DNA of 64,000 nucleotides from Spizellomyces punctatus DAOM BR117 (lineage: Eukaryota): NCBI GenBank assembly GCA_000182565.2, contig KQ257450.1. The stretch is one strand, 5' to 3'. The translations under genes and the position numbers were made by a program. The notes beneath the pieces are model-generated. The model worked only from the letters and a program-made list of their open reading frames with translations. It was not told where the DNA came from and made no database searches. Shown piece after piece: positions 40,553 to 51,898 of the stretch (position 1 is its first letter; every line of letters starts with the position of its first letter).

Positions 40553-41194
40553 TGCTATGGACTCATGTCTAGGTGGAGATAGTTTTGCTATCTGACTTTT
40601 TTCTTGCGTAAGGGTCTCTATTAATTTAATCAATAACTCCCTATTTTCTTGTCCCATTGGGTGCATAGTCCCGGTTTGAGCCCACGGGTTCCAATATATT
40701 CGCTCTGATAACTAACAAATGCAGGATCCAAACCAGGTGACTGCATATCTGATCGGAGTTGAAGGCCCCTACGAAATTTTCAGGGAGCTTCCACAATTCG
40801 GACATTTTCCTGTCGACTATAACCGCCAAGTGAATCGGACGATTTGGAATATGCGATCATTCCCTCCGAATCCAAAAATAAACAACCACCATCCAACCTT
40901 TTGCCCATTTTGATTCTCCCTGCGTTTGGAAAATCAAAACGTTAACTTGCGTCGATGAGTCCAGCCGCCCGATCTCCCAGCCATAAGAAGACCGATAAAA
41001 TGGTTAAAAAGACCAGTGGGAGTAAAAAGAAGGCTCATGGGATAGGATCGCTTAGACCAAAGAAGGCAGCGTCGATGCCAGAGCTTGGAGAATGTAGCGG
41101 AAATATCAGATCGGGACGAATTTTGAACCTACCAAAAATGTAATTCAGCTTGGGATGTCTGCCTTTTGATCTTTTGATATCCTAAAATCGTGTC

Positions 41195-44100
41195 ATGGTG
41201 GTTGCGACATGTGAGGTTTACCGCTACGGGAGTGGGTGCAGGATGATCAGCTTGGGATTTGATGTATCGTTGAGACTAAACTCACTCCTTTCCCTTTCCA
41301 CAAGCTCAAAGAGCCGAGAAAACTTTTCGTCAAGTGTTAGCCAATCCATCCCAATCACCAATTCGACGACAGGACTCTCATCGCCAGGATGCCTGCGCAT
41401 TCTCGAAAAATTGTCGGAGCTGATAACTAATCCGTGGTCACCCTCACATCCAAATGGTCTACCACCTAGACCTCCTTCATCGACTTCGTCCCGCAGTTCC
41501 GCTTCTACAAAAACGGAAACCGCATCCGTTCGTCGAGCAAGTGACCCGCCATTCACATCAGCCCGATGGAAACACGATAAGCGTAAAACCAGGAGTTACC
41601 CAAATGTTGGCCTGGCACGACGAGGAAGTGACGGGAGTTTGCCCGAGTTGTCGATTGGAAGGCACGGTGTCAGGAGAAGGTCCGGCTCGAGATCGGGTGA
41701 TGATGAAACTGGTGTAGAGGTAGGAGGTTCGAGACTCCGGGACGGCAGTGGTCCGGTGGATGGTCCGCGAAGTGCACCAGGAACACCACCCATTTCTGCT
41801 GACGTGCGGAATAAGATTGGAAAACAGTTCTTGGCCCTGAAGCGTTTGATGGACAAGGAGGGCGTTCATGCCGGTAAGCTACTCCTGCGTAGCATATAAT
41901 TTTTGAAGCCTATCACCTCATCATCTCATCCCCAAAAGATTCACCGCTCCAAAAGACTCTGTTTTCAAAGTCATCCCCAAATATCAGTTTGCTGGTCAAA
42001 TGCCTTCGGGTCAGTGAGAAGTTGCATCACCTCGCAACTGAAGGTCCTTGTTAAAAGTTCCACCGACAGATCCTTCTGGATGTAGACATATGTATCATTA
42101 TAACCAACCTACTGATCCGTCTCACAACGACAACTGACAGCAACGCAAACAACACAGCGTTCATGGCCAAGAAAGGACTGGCCGTTGCACTATTAAAGTG
42201 CTTGCAGAGCCTGCATGGAGAGTACTTGAGCGGTGATATTGGGGTTGGTCCACCAAATCATCATCAGAGAGTGGATGAATTGATGGGAAACCTATTTGTG
42301 CTGGTGGTGAGGGTTGCAAAGTATGGTGAGTGTCGGCTTGTGATCTTGTTCATTTGTAGGCAACAGAGTTTGAACCCCATGCTCTGCTAAATCTTAATCG
42401 TTGTTTTAGATACCAAGATACCCCTTTTGGCACGGTAAAGCATCTTCATACATATGCATATTTTCCAGCAAATTACAATTCTGAAGTGTTCATTGCGCAT
42501 TGACAGTCTACACGGTGCTGTTCCAACCACCATTATGACCATTCGACGCTGGAACGAGCGCAAAGAGTATGGCCTAATGATGCATGGATTTCAGGCTCTT
42601 CGGATATACGCTACCAAGAACGGTATGTGAAAGTTGAACACAAACATACAATTGAGCGTCCCTGACATATATCTAGAAAACAATGTTGTGACAATCATCA
42701 AGAGCAACATTGCGACCCTCATGGCTACAATGATCAAAAGCCCAACGAGTCCAATAAAGTTGGACTGTCTGCTGGACTTGTTGACGATACTAGCTAAATC
42801 AAGTATGGACTTTGTTTTGCATCTTACTCCAAGGGAACAAACTGATAAATGACAACTGTTCTTGAACAGAACCGGGTGCCATTCAAATTTTGTCTTCCTT
42901 TACAATTGCCCATCTCATATCGCTTTTCAAGAACGCATCAACCGACGCGGTCCAACGTGCCGTATTGAAGCTACTGAAGGCAATTGTTGAGACGGGTGTG
43001 TTGGGTGTATGTGGTTGGTCAAAAGGGGCCTATGCTTGAAAAATGCTTGCTAACATCATTTGGCAAATCAGATGAAGGCAAGAAGGCTTTTGTGGAGGAT
43101 AATGGTATTGCTGTTCTGACGGAGGCATTGGATGGGGTCATTCAAGGTATCCCCAACTCTTGTTCTCCCGTCACAAAACGTTTACTGACGCTTCTTTCAC
43201 TGCTAGCATCCGAATCCTCCCCCAGCCAAATTCCAACAGGCCAAAACACCATCCCGACATTACTCGTAACTCTCCTCCGCTCCGCCGTGTCCCAAACTGA
43301 TCTACCTTTCCTGGAGCGCTACCAGTATCTCAGCTTCCCGCTGCCACTAGCTGCAGAAGAAAACGGCGACAACGCAGAGGCAAAAACAGATGTTGATGAC
43401 GATGAGAGTACATCGCTTCGACAGTTCTGTCCCGAGCTTGAGCTCCATGACGGAATACCGTCAATGACCCCATTGCCCATGGGAAACATCCAAGTGCGAC
43501 ATGTCCAGCCGATGAGTGGGCGGCACCTTGTGTCGAGCAAATGCGTAGCGGAAACCGAGGGAACCTACAAGAGACCTATGAATCTAGTTAGGTAGGCTGG
43601 TAATGAGTCCAACTTGTGCTCATTGCAAATAATATTAACTGCTTTTGATCGGATTCTGATTTGCAGGAAGTCCGTTTACGACCAAATGACTCGGGTGCTC
43701 CATCCTAATGCTTCCCAAAATCAACTGATATATGATGTAATGGATGAGACCATTGCAGCGGGTATATCGGGCAAGTATGTACAATGCATCTGCTACCGCC
43801 CAATCAACCCAAACATTGATAGCTTTATATGTAATAGCACACTCCAATTTGAGTCTCGTTTCGAGAGCGGTAATCTACAAATGGCGGTTAAGGTATGGCG
43901 CAACGTTATTTCCTTTGACTTCTCATGTTCTTACTTTGCAGCCGGTTGTAATATATTTTGGTATAGATATCCGACTACGAGTATGATCTCTTGCTTCAAA
44001 CAGATATCAACAGTTCACCAGGGAAGCATAACCAGGTAAACGTCAGAACCTATTCCACTTGTGAAGACCCTACTAATGTTCATCACCTCGCAGTGGTTTT

Positions 44101-46062
44101 ATTTTTGCGTTCAACGCATGGTCCCAAATACGCCGTATAAATTTAACATTGTAAATATGAGTAAACCAAATAGTCAGTTCAATCAAGGTAGGGATCGACC
44201 AAATCTAGACTATAGTCACTTACACCAACATAAAGAAACTTAACCGTTTGTCTTTCCCAACTTTAGGAATGCAACCTGTCATGTTCTCCCGTGAGGAAGG
44301 TTGCTGGAGACGTGTCGGGGACGCTATCTATTATTACAAGTGAGGAACTCTTCAATTACGCACCCATCACTGACCAGGTTGCTAAACTATTCTTATTCTT
44401 AGAAACCATTATGCATTTCCCACACAATACGAGTCAGAATATACATTCGCTACCCTGACATTCACCATAACGTTCTCATATGCAGGGGACAGCTGTTATT
44501 TTGCATATCACTATCCATACACTTATTCAGACCTTCAGGTAATTAACTTTTTCACTACAAGAGGCATTGTGAAGCGGAGCTGATTTGGTTGTGCGCAGCG
44601 GTCCCTGTTCCATCTTCAGCTCTCCTCGACCTTTGGCGAGCGATGCAGGAGACAAACCTTGTGCAGAACATTGGGTGGGAATGAGTGTCCTCTGCTTACT
44701 GTTACAGATTTTAGCCCTGGTATGTTTTCATTTGGTTGCTTTGGAGCATCATGGGCGTCCCTCATTCATTTTCATGTAGCTTCCACGGCAACAAACCCAA
44801 TATCAGAGCGAGTATATGTTCTCCTCAGTGCACGGGTAAGACGCAATGCGTGTTCGTATACGTCAATTCAACTGTAGTCCAACCTGATCATCTTCAGGTC
44901 CACCCCGGCGAATCCAACTCCTCCCATATAATGCACGGCTTACTAAACTACCTGCTGTCCGATGCGGAAACGGCGATCGACTTGCGAAAACGCTGCGTGT
45001 TCAAGATTGTTCCCATGCTGAATCCAGATGGGGTTGTCAATGGAAGGTAGGCCACAATATATTTTGACCAAAAGAATATGCTGTTTTTGAGATAATGATG
45101 GTATCCTTTTCTTCAATAGTCACCGATGCTCGCTTGCGGGAGTAGATCTGAATCGCCAATGGAAACGTCCAGACCGGAGGAGGGCGCCAACTATCTGGTG
45201 GGTAAAAAGGCTGTGGAAGTTCTTGGTAGATGAAGGAAAGCGGGTTTTGGTAAGTGCAAGCGTTTTCTCGATTCGTCAATCCAAGTTCCAGGATTGGAGG
45301 ACTGGAAGATTGGAAGATTGGAAGAATGGAGTGCACTATGGCCGTCATTCTTATCAAAGCTCTCCTACTCAACAGCTTACGTGCGACTTTCACGGTCACT
45401 CGCGGCGCAAAAATATGTTTATCTTTGGCTGCGAAAATACTCCAGGCAGCGACGTGGAAAATCTGGAAAAGGTACAATAGAGCGTAATCCGAGTCATCTG
45501 TAAATATGCGAGTACGCTTATACCTTTCCCGCGGGCGCCCGCAATAGACCTTCCCAACTCTGCTCTCGACGTTATCACCAACGTTTGATATGTCACTCAC
45601 TCGCTTTGATGTGACACCGTCCAAGGAAACCACAGCTCGAGTGGTTCTGTGGCGCGAAATGGGCATCTTAAACTCGTTCACATTGGAGAGTAGTTATTGC
45701 GGGGGGGATTTCGGCGAGAAAAAGGTAAATCAACAGATCCACTGAGTTACCCCTCAATTTAGCATCACCTTTTCTCATGGTGCTTTTTGCAGGGACTCCA
45801 ATTTCAACCCGCCGATCTGCGTCAAGCCGGAATAGATTTCTGTCGAGCATTACGGGCTTTTCTTGATATTCCTCCTTGGAACTCTAGCTCTCCGTTCCCG
45901 ACCGCAGCGCCTTTGGTACCTTCTGTCCGCTCTGCATCGGCTAGTGTAGTTAAAACTTCTGTCGTTGTAGAGTCTGAAGTAGGGCAGGTGGAAGCTGAGG
46001 TCCACCTAGAGGTTTCCGCGGAGATATCCGTGGGAGAAGAACAAGGAAATACGCTTGCATAA
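41195..46062 (+). CDS. Cytosolic carboxypeptidase (M14, CCP1/AGTPBP1-like tubulin deglutamylase) with N-terminal helical region; many exons
   Basis: [51 protein letters not shown]...[18 protein letters not shown]. Start uncertain (40955 or 41195/41242). Confidence 0.92.
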
Positions 46063-46433
46063 TCTACTCCGTCTTTGACTGCAGCAATTTAAAGGAATTG
46101 TAAATAGTTGATCTTTGTCGATATAATAAAGCTGAAATATTTAACGACCTAACCGTCCATGGCGCGCTCTAATATATTACAGGTCTTAACAAAAGCCAAT
46201 CTATCTACATAAAAGTCGAACGACCAATCCTATTCTGCCAAAGAGAGGGTACCTCGCTTAAGCTGCTGCTTCAATTCCCATACGTCCGCACGATGTTTGG
46301 GTGGGGATGATGAGGTATTCATAAGAAAATCGAGATAATTGATGGCAGAGGAATCCGTTGGCCATGGAGATACTGTTGCATCAGACAGTTAATTGAATTC
46401 ACTACTGGTTAAACATGCGTGACTATTATCATA

Positions 46434-46931
46434 CTAACACTTTCGAGACTGCCTCGATTTGATCTTGACTGTTGCGTCCAGGTTTTGGCTGCTATCTTCT
46501 TGGTCCAATTTGAACCGAACGTGTTTCTGCAGGTTCTGAGGCCGTGAGTGTGTTCCGGGACGTTGTAAGATAGACGGTGGGGATGTTGAATTGGGACACA
46601 ACGATGGAGGCGGTAGGGTCATCGCTCCAAATGTAGGGTTTGGAGAACTTGATTCTGTGACATCGCTCACATTACTGCTATCACTGCTACTAGATTCAGA
46701 ATCCAATAGCCTAAACTTGGCAGGTCCCACTCGTGACAAGACGACAACGTTCTCTGATCGAACATGAATAGGCAGGAATTCGCTCTGATCCTCCAGATCC
46801 ACATCATCTGTGGGCACTTTGATTCTTTCCCAGCTTTCCCATAGCGAGGTCGCAGACCCATGAGGCGGCAATGGAGGCAGAGCTGGCAGAGAAACTCGAG
46901 AGTCCTCCTCTTGTTCATTCGATGAGAGCAT
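46434..46931 (-). CDS. Hypothetical low-complexity protein (probably continues in a further exon)
   Basis: S/P/acidic ORF with a KHVRF (RVxF-like) motif; no recognisable domain. Confidence 0.35.
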   Translation of the reverse strand: MLSSNEQEEDSRVSLPALPPLPPHGSATSLWESWERIKVPTDDVDLEDQSEFLPIHVRSENVVVLSRVGPAKFRLLDSESSSSDSSNVSDVTESSSPNPTFGAMTLPPPSLCPNSTSPPSILQRPGTHSRPQNLQKHVRFKLDQEDSSQNLDATVKIKSRQSRKC

Positions 46932-47617
46932 AATTTGTTGCGAAGACTTTGGATTATTCGAGCCGACAAACGACGACCCCCACCACCAGAAACCACCTAC
47001 ACAGTCGGAAAACAGCATAATGAGGTCAAGAATTTAGAATGAAATTGGGGGGAAGATGAGGAAAGACGACGGCGGAAATGCCAAGGTGGAAGGCGGCTAA
47101 ATTGGAGGGAAGGAAAGCAACCTGTCGAAAATCCATGCAGCGGGCTCTTTTAAGGTGCCCTCCACAAGTCTCCGAATGCAGTACACATGTGAAAATTGCG
47201 ATACTAGATATTATTTCTTTATCCTCCCCTATCTGATAGATGTCCTTTGGGGGGTTATTTTCCATCACAATCCTTTAAACCTTGCTCTCGTGCTCTCCAC
47301 AAAACTGGCTGCGCACGGGCTTTTCCCCCCTACCCCTCTATGGCCGCGTGCAACTAGGCGTGTGCAGGGCGATAACTCATTCACGTGACTATAAGTTGAT
47401 GAACAGCTCCCCATGCACAGACTACAGCATTAAAGTGCTTTCAACTTTATAAAATGATGTGCAATTCCACGTGCGTAAGATGGGCATGCGATAAACTCAA
47501 AGGCTGGAAGGTTCTCCCGGCAAGAGCTCGAGCATTCCTCCATGGGTTTGACTCCTACATATCCTTGCCCGCGAGCAGCGGTCCACAAGCATGTGCCTTG
47601 GACAAATTTAATTTCCA

Positions 47618-47647
47618 TAGTACGGAGCCGGTGGGTATTGGCACTAG
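47618..47647 (+). repeat. Left terminal inverted repeat (including terminal TA)
   Basis: TAGTACGGAGCCGGTGGGTATTGGCACTAG is the reverse complement of 49825-49854 with one mismatch. Confidence 0.97.
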
Positions 47648-47807
47648 TACATAGATTCCAATCAATTTAATCATAATTTTACTCGATTTAGACTTATGGT
47701 TCAATGCACAAAAGATGCACCACCCATTGAAAAACGGGTCCAATATGTGCGGCATCTATGAGGATTGAGGAATTTTCGCAGTTGCGGCGAGTGAGTTGCC
47801 ACATTTC

Positions 47808-47815
47808 TATATAAA
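47808..47815 (+). promoter_or_regulatory. TATA box of the Fanzor gene
   Basis: TATATAAA ending 66 nt upstream of the ATG, followed by a pyrimidine-rich leader. Confidence 0.6.
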
Positions 47816-47881
47816 CCCCTCCACTATCGTTCTCTCCCTGCCCATTTTCCCAGGCTTTCATCTTTTCCCACAGATATCATC

Positions 47882-49765
47882 ATGCCACCAAAGAAGCAAA
47901 GGCTCGAAAAACTCGACAAACCCACCTTAGTGACCTTACACACCTGCAACAAGACGTCCTTTGCAAAAGCTTTCCTGCCAAACGAGATCTACCACCAACG
48001 GCTTCTAGATTACATCGCCATCATTCATGAACTTGCTGACCACGCTTCCCACGCTCTCAAATTCTACATCCTATCTGCACCATCCTTTCCCATGGTAGAT
48101 CAAGATACAATCGAAGCGATTCTCTATCTTCTCAACAAGGGGGAGGCTTGGCATCCAAGAAAGGAAGCAAAGAAGGCATGGCGGGATTGTTTGCTGCCAT
48201 ATGTTCAACGGTACTGCCAAATCGTCGGCTTTGTTCACCCCAATCTACGAGGCGAGCAGCAATCAGTCAATTACCTGACAGCGAGTATGATGACGAACCT
48301 GAAAGTCAACATTCAAGAACATTTCATGACGATGCTGCTCCGCTATATCAATCTACGGCTCGACGTGAGGGGACGGAAAGGGCCTCCAAAGAGTGAAGCA
48401 CGGAAAGCTTTCTTTGCTCGGCTACGCTACTTGAAGTCAATTTTCCTTTTCGATATCGTGCCCGAATTGCTGGATGACTTGACTGCTGAAGAGAGTGAAC
48501 TTCTAGAAGAGATTTGGTCACTCGATCGGCCTTTTCTTGTTGACAATCCACTCGCCTACGCAGTTGTCGTCAATCCAATGTCCTTTTTCCCTGCGTACTG
48601 TCGGTTGTCAAGCCTATATGAAAAGCATGGATTTCGACAGTTCAGCGCGATACCTCTGCGCCGCTCTCTCATCCAAAGCCATGTGCGGATCGACACCATC
48701 ATTCTCTACCAGCATATCCTTTGCATCGCACGAAGAGAAGCGGAAACTGTTGAAAAGGTCGATTTATGGTTGCGCGTCTGTAATCTGCGGAACAAGGCTT
48801 TTAGATCTCGTCGTGGAATGTGTTTTGAAGGCTCGATCACGACGGACGGTACCTCGGTGTCAGTTTACTTGAAACATCCTGAAGCCGACAAGTATGGAAA
48901 GCGTGGCGGTGGGAAAAAGTCGGCAAAGACCTTAGAAGCTGAGGTGAAGGCAGTATATGTGGAGAACAACTTGCCTGCTTGTCGAGCAGCAGAGAACTTT
49001 GTCGTTATCGACCCAAACAAGCGCGATCTTCTCTACTGCCAAGACAACAAGGGCACCATCTTCCGTTACACCGCCAATCAACGCTGCAAGGAGACTGGAA
49101 GCCGTCGATTTGCAAAAGAGCGGCAGCGGATGAAAGCTGGCGGTATTGACCTCATAGAATCACGTATCCCAAGCCACAAGACGATGAACCTCATGGACTT
49201 TACTCGCTACCTTCTTGTTCGCCGCGCAGATTCGGATCGTCGCAAGGAATTCTACTCCCACCCTGCCCACACGCGATGGAAATGGCACGCATTCATAAAC
49301 CGTCAGAAGAGCGAATCAGACCTCATATCCAACATGCACAACAAGTTTGGGAACTTTACCATTGTGATGGGAGATTGGAGCGATGCCGGTCGAACTGCGA
49401 GATTTCAGACCTCATCAAAGACGAAAGGCTGGCGCACCCTCTTTAAGCGCAACAGGATCAACTGCTTCCTTCTCGACGAGTACAAGACCTCATCTGTTTG
49501 CCCTTGCTGTTCCTCTGACGTTGAAAAAGGCTTCCAAACACGACCTCATTCAAGACCTTATCGACGACGAGAAGGCAAGATTGAAAAAGTCCACGGATTG
49601 CTGGGTTGTACCAACCCTAACTGTTTGCAGCAAGCCTGGACATCGGGAATGCGCTACTGGAATCGAGATACGCTGTCAACCTGCAACATGCTGATGATCG
49701 TGCAATCAATGTTGGATGGACATGGTAGACCAGAGGTGTTCAGCAGGAGCCGTAGCGTAGCGTAG
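47882..49765 (+). CDS. Fz1: Fanzor1 RNA-guided DNA endonuclease (eukaryotic TnpB/Cas12 homolog), 627 aa
   Basis: N-terminal NLS-like PPKKQR; ITTDGTSVSV; RuvC-I VVIDPNKRD (D377); VMGDWS; RuvC-II LLDEYKTS (E533); Zn-finger CPCC...CTNPNC; RuvC-III WNRD (D596). From memory, closely resembles S. punctatus SpuFz1. Confidence 0.96.
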   Translation: MPPKKQRLEKLDKPTLVTLHTCNKTSFAKAFLPNEIYHQRLLDYIAIIHELADHASHALKFYILSAPSFPMVDQDTIEAILYLLNKGEAWHPRKEAKKAWRDCLLPYVQRYCQIVGFVHPNLRGEQQSVNYLTASMMTNLKVNIQEHFMTMLLRYINLRLDVRGRKGPPKSEARKAFFARLRYLKSIFLFDIVPELLDDLTAEESELLEEIWSLDRPFLVDNPLAYAVVVNPMSFFPAYCRLSSLYEKHGFRQFSAIPLRRSLIQSHVRIDTIILYQHILCIARREAETVEKVDLWLRVCNLRNKAFRSRRGMCFEGSITTDGTSVSVYLKHPEADKYGKRGGGKKSAKTLEAEVKAVYVENNLPACRAAENFVVIDPNKRDLLYCQDNKGTIFRYTANQRCKETGSRRFAKERQRMKAGGIDLIESRIPSHKTMNLMDFTRYLLVRRADSDRRKEFYSHPAHTRWKWHAFINRQKSESDLISNMHNKFGNFTIVMGDWSDAGRTARFQTSSKTKGWRTLFKRNRINCFLLDEYKTSSVCPCCSSDVEKGFQTRPHSRPYRRREGKIEKVHGLLGCTNPNCLQQAWTSGMRYWNRDTLSTCNMLMIVQSMLDGHGRPEVFSRSRSVA

Positions 49766-49779
49766 ATTGGTTAGATTAG

Positions 49780-49870
49780 GTTTTCCGAACCGGTTGTCGC
49801 GCGGTTCAATCCCTGGTGCGGGTGCTAGTGCCAATACCCACCGGCTCCGCACTATCAATATAAAGGTAAT
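49780..49870 (+). ncRNA. omegaRNA: ~75-nt scaffold (49780-49854) plus ~15-nt guide from the flank
   Basis: GTTTTCCGAACCGGTTGTCGCGCGGTTCAATCCCTGGTGCGGGTGCTAGTGCCAATACCCACCGGCTCCGCACTA lies just after the stop codon, ends at the element boundary and has self-complementary stems. It matches the recalled SpuFz1 omegaRNA layout. Confidence 0.88.
49825..49854 (+). repeat. Right terminal inverted repeat (including terminal TA)
   Basis: CTAGTGCCAATACCCACCGGCTCCGCACTA. Confidence 0.97.
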
Positions 49871-49895
49871 TAGAATTTACTATCTACAGAAATAT

Positions 49896-51421
49896 CTACT
49901 TTTTTTCATGGTCCCCCTCGAGGATCCGGCGTTTTCTACGGGGATACCGATCAAGTACGGTAACGCCCGCTGTCTTTTTTGGGCGCCTCGGCTGTGGGGC
50001 CTCCTCACGTTTACCCTCTAGCACAATATTCGACTTGTTCTCTACAGATGATACCAATCGATGTTCAAATTGGCGCAGGTCGGCGGTAAATAGCACCTGC
50101 GTGCGCTGATGAGTACATGACAGCAAAGGTTCCATTTTCAAAGTCACTTACTGAATGCGCCCATCCAGCGTGTGTCCCAAAGATCGTTCGAAAGCGATCC
50201 CCGATCGCTAAGTAGTTCTTTTGCGTGAGAGTTTTTGAAGCGAGGCCGGACAACTTGTAGTCTCTTTTCGCAATCTAGTGCGCAACTGTAATGTTTAGCT
50301 TCTGTCTCAAACTAATATCGACCCAAGATCACATTGCATACCTGCCATACATGCGTATCAACGGGTATCGCTCCTGGCTTATCCATGCTATACGTATCTA
50401 TCAACAAATGCAGACTACGAAACAAATATTCAAACCTCCGCATATACCTCATTAAACAGACACAGTCTGCAACCTTTGGTCCCACTAAATAAAATTTCAA
50501 ATTCAAGAATAGTTATTGTCCATCATCTACCTGTAAGCTCGACTCGACTACTGCTTAGCTTACCACCAGCCAGCTTCAACAACTCATCCCTGCATTCTTC
50601 ATATGGCAAATTTCTCAATCCTCTTAACCAGGTTTCGTCATGGTGCTCCATGATGTACCTCGCCGTTTGCGATATGTATTTTGCACGGTAGCCGAAACCA
50701 AGCTGCCGCAACTCGTTTTCCACATTTTCTTGTGCAAGACGCGCCACCGTCGGAAAGCTATAGAAGGGCTTCGATATCTCATCAACAGTACCGATCTCGG
50801 TTCCATAATGTTGACATAGTTTGCTAACCTAAAGATGGCACATAAATGACGGGAAGCTTTATGAAAGGGAAAACTGGCTATTGTAATACCATTGTAGTGA
50901 TTCGCTGAATGTTGTTGTTTGAGGTACAAATGAACGTGAACAAATTTTCTACCGGATCTTGCCTTCAAGCGAAAGCATGTCAAAATATATATATATATTT
51001 GTGGCGAGAATCGGATGTCGAGGTCTGCATACCTTAATATCCGGATGCCCATAAACCGTCCCGCCTTTTTCTCAAAGTTGGCATCCGTCCGCCATTGTTT
51101 ATACAGTTCCCCAAGATCTACATCAAGCTGAAAATAGTCTCTCAATAACTCCGCAACATCGCCGACATTATCGCCCGGTGTGCGATACAATATGTCGTCA
51201 TCTACCTTGTCTCACTGGTCAATACATGCAGAAACTGCCTGCCTATTTCTCGAAACGACAATATGCTCACCAGTCTGACGCAACGTTATTATGCGCCCCG
51301 ACAATACACTCGTCCACTGATTATCTCCTGTGTTCACCCATCGGAAGCTTTGCCCACAGTTGAGGGTCGTGTCAAGACGGAGCTCTTCTGGTTTTACAGA
51401 AAGGCAATGCCAGGTGGTCAT
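49896..51421 (-). CDS. OGG1: 8-oxoguanine DNA glycosylase/AP lyase; multi-exon
   Basis: [37 protein letters not shown], Hh[50 protein letters not shown]. Confidence 0.96.
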
Positions 51422-51898
51422 GGGGCGTACCGACAGACTGCGAGCAAGCCACGGCTTCAGACAATAAAGTGTAGGGCGAAAATGAGCCACGGTAGGAAGT
51501 CACACTGATACAATCCTGAACGAAAATGGTGGATCGCTGGAAGTCATCGCTTGAAGCCCTGCATCTGTTGGTAGCACGTGATGCTTCAATTTATCTTTTT
51601 CCGGTTAAATTGCGTTCGGACCTCCTCCGACCACCGATTTTCCCAAGCTCTCAACGCAGCGACCACGACGGGCCGAGACAACGAGAAAGGAAGGAAAAGC
51701 AGCACTGGATCGAGATAGATAGCCAAATCTCTGGTGCATGCGATTTTTAGAATCTTCCAAAGGGTACGTGTGTTCTGAATGACACGGTCATGTTCAACAT
51801 AAAACTGAGGAACTTTTTTCGATATCGGGCTTTTGGCTGGAACAGGCTTTTGGTACCCTTTCTTGAGCCTTTTCGTTCGCCAATAGTCTGACCTGACC

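Larger units (their letters stand above)
47618..49854 (+). mobile_element. Non-autonomous TIR transposon carrying a Fanzor1 nuclease and omegaRNA (Spu-1-like)
   Basis: 30-bp TIRs (29/30 match), TA at both termini, left end within CATA, single intronless ORF, no transposase. Confidence 0.95.

Noticed and set aside
49751-49779. (CGTAG)x3 and TAGATT repeats around the Fanzor stop codon as a CRISPR-like array
   Set aside because: Micro-repeats without spacers; no repeat-spacer array seen anywhere in the window
51422-51490. Basic in-frame extension upstream of the OGG1 ATG as a mitochondrial leader
   Set aside because: Begins at GTG, not ATG; unsupported without ribosome profiling
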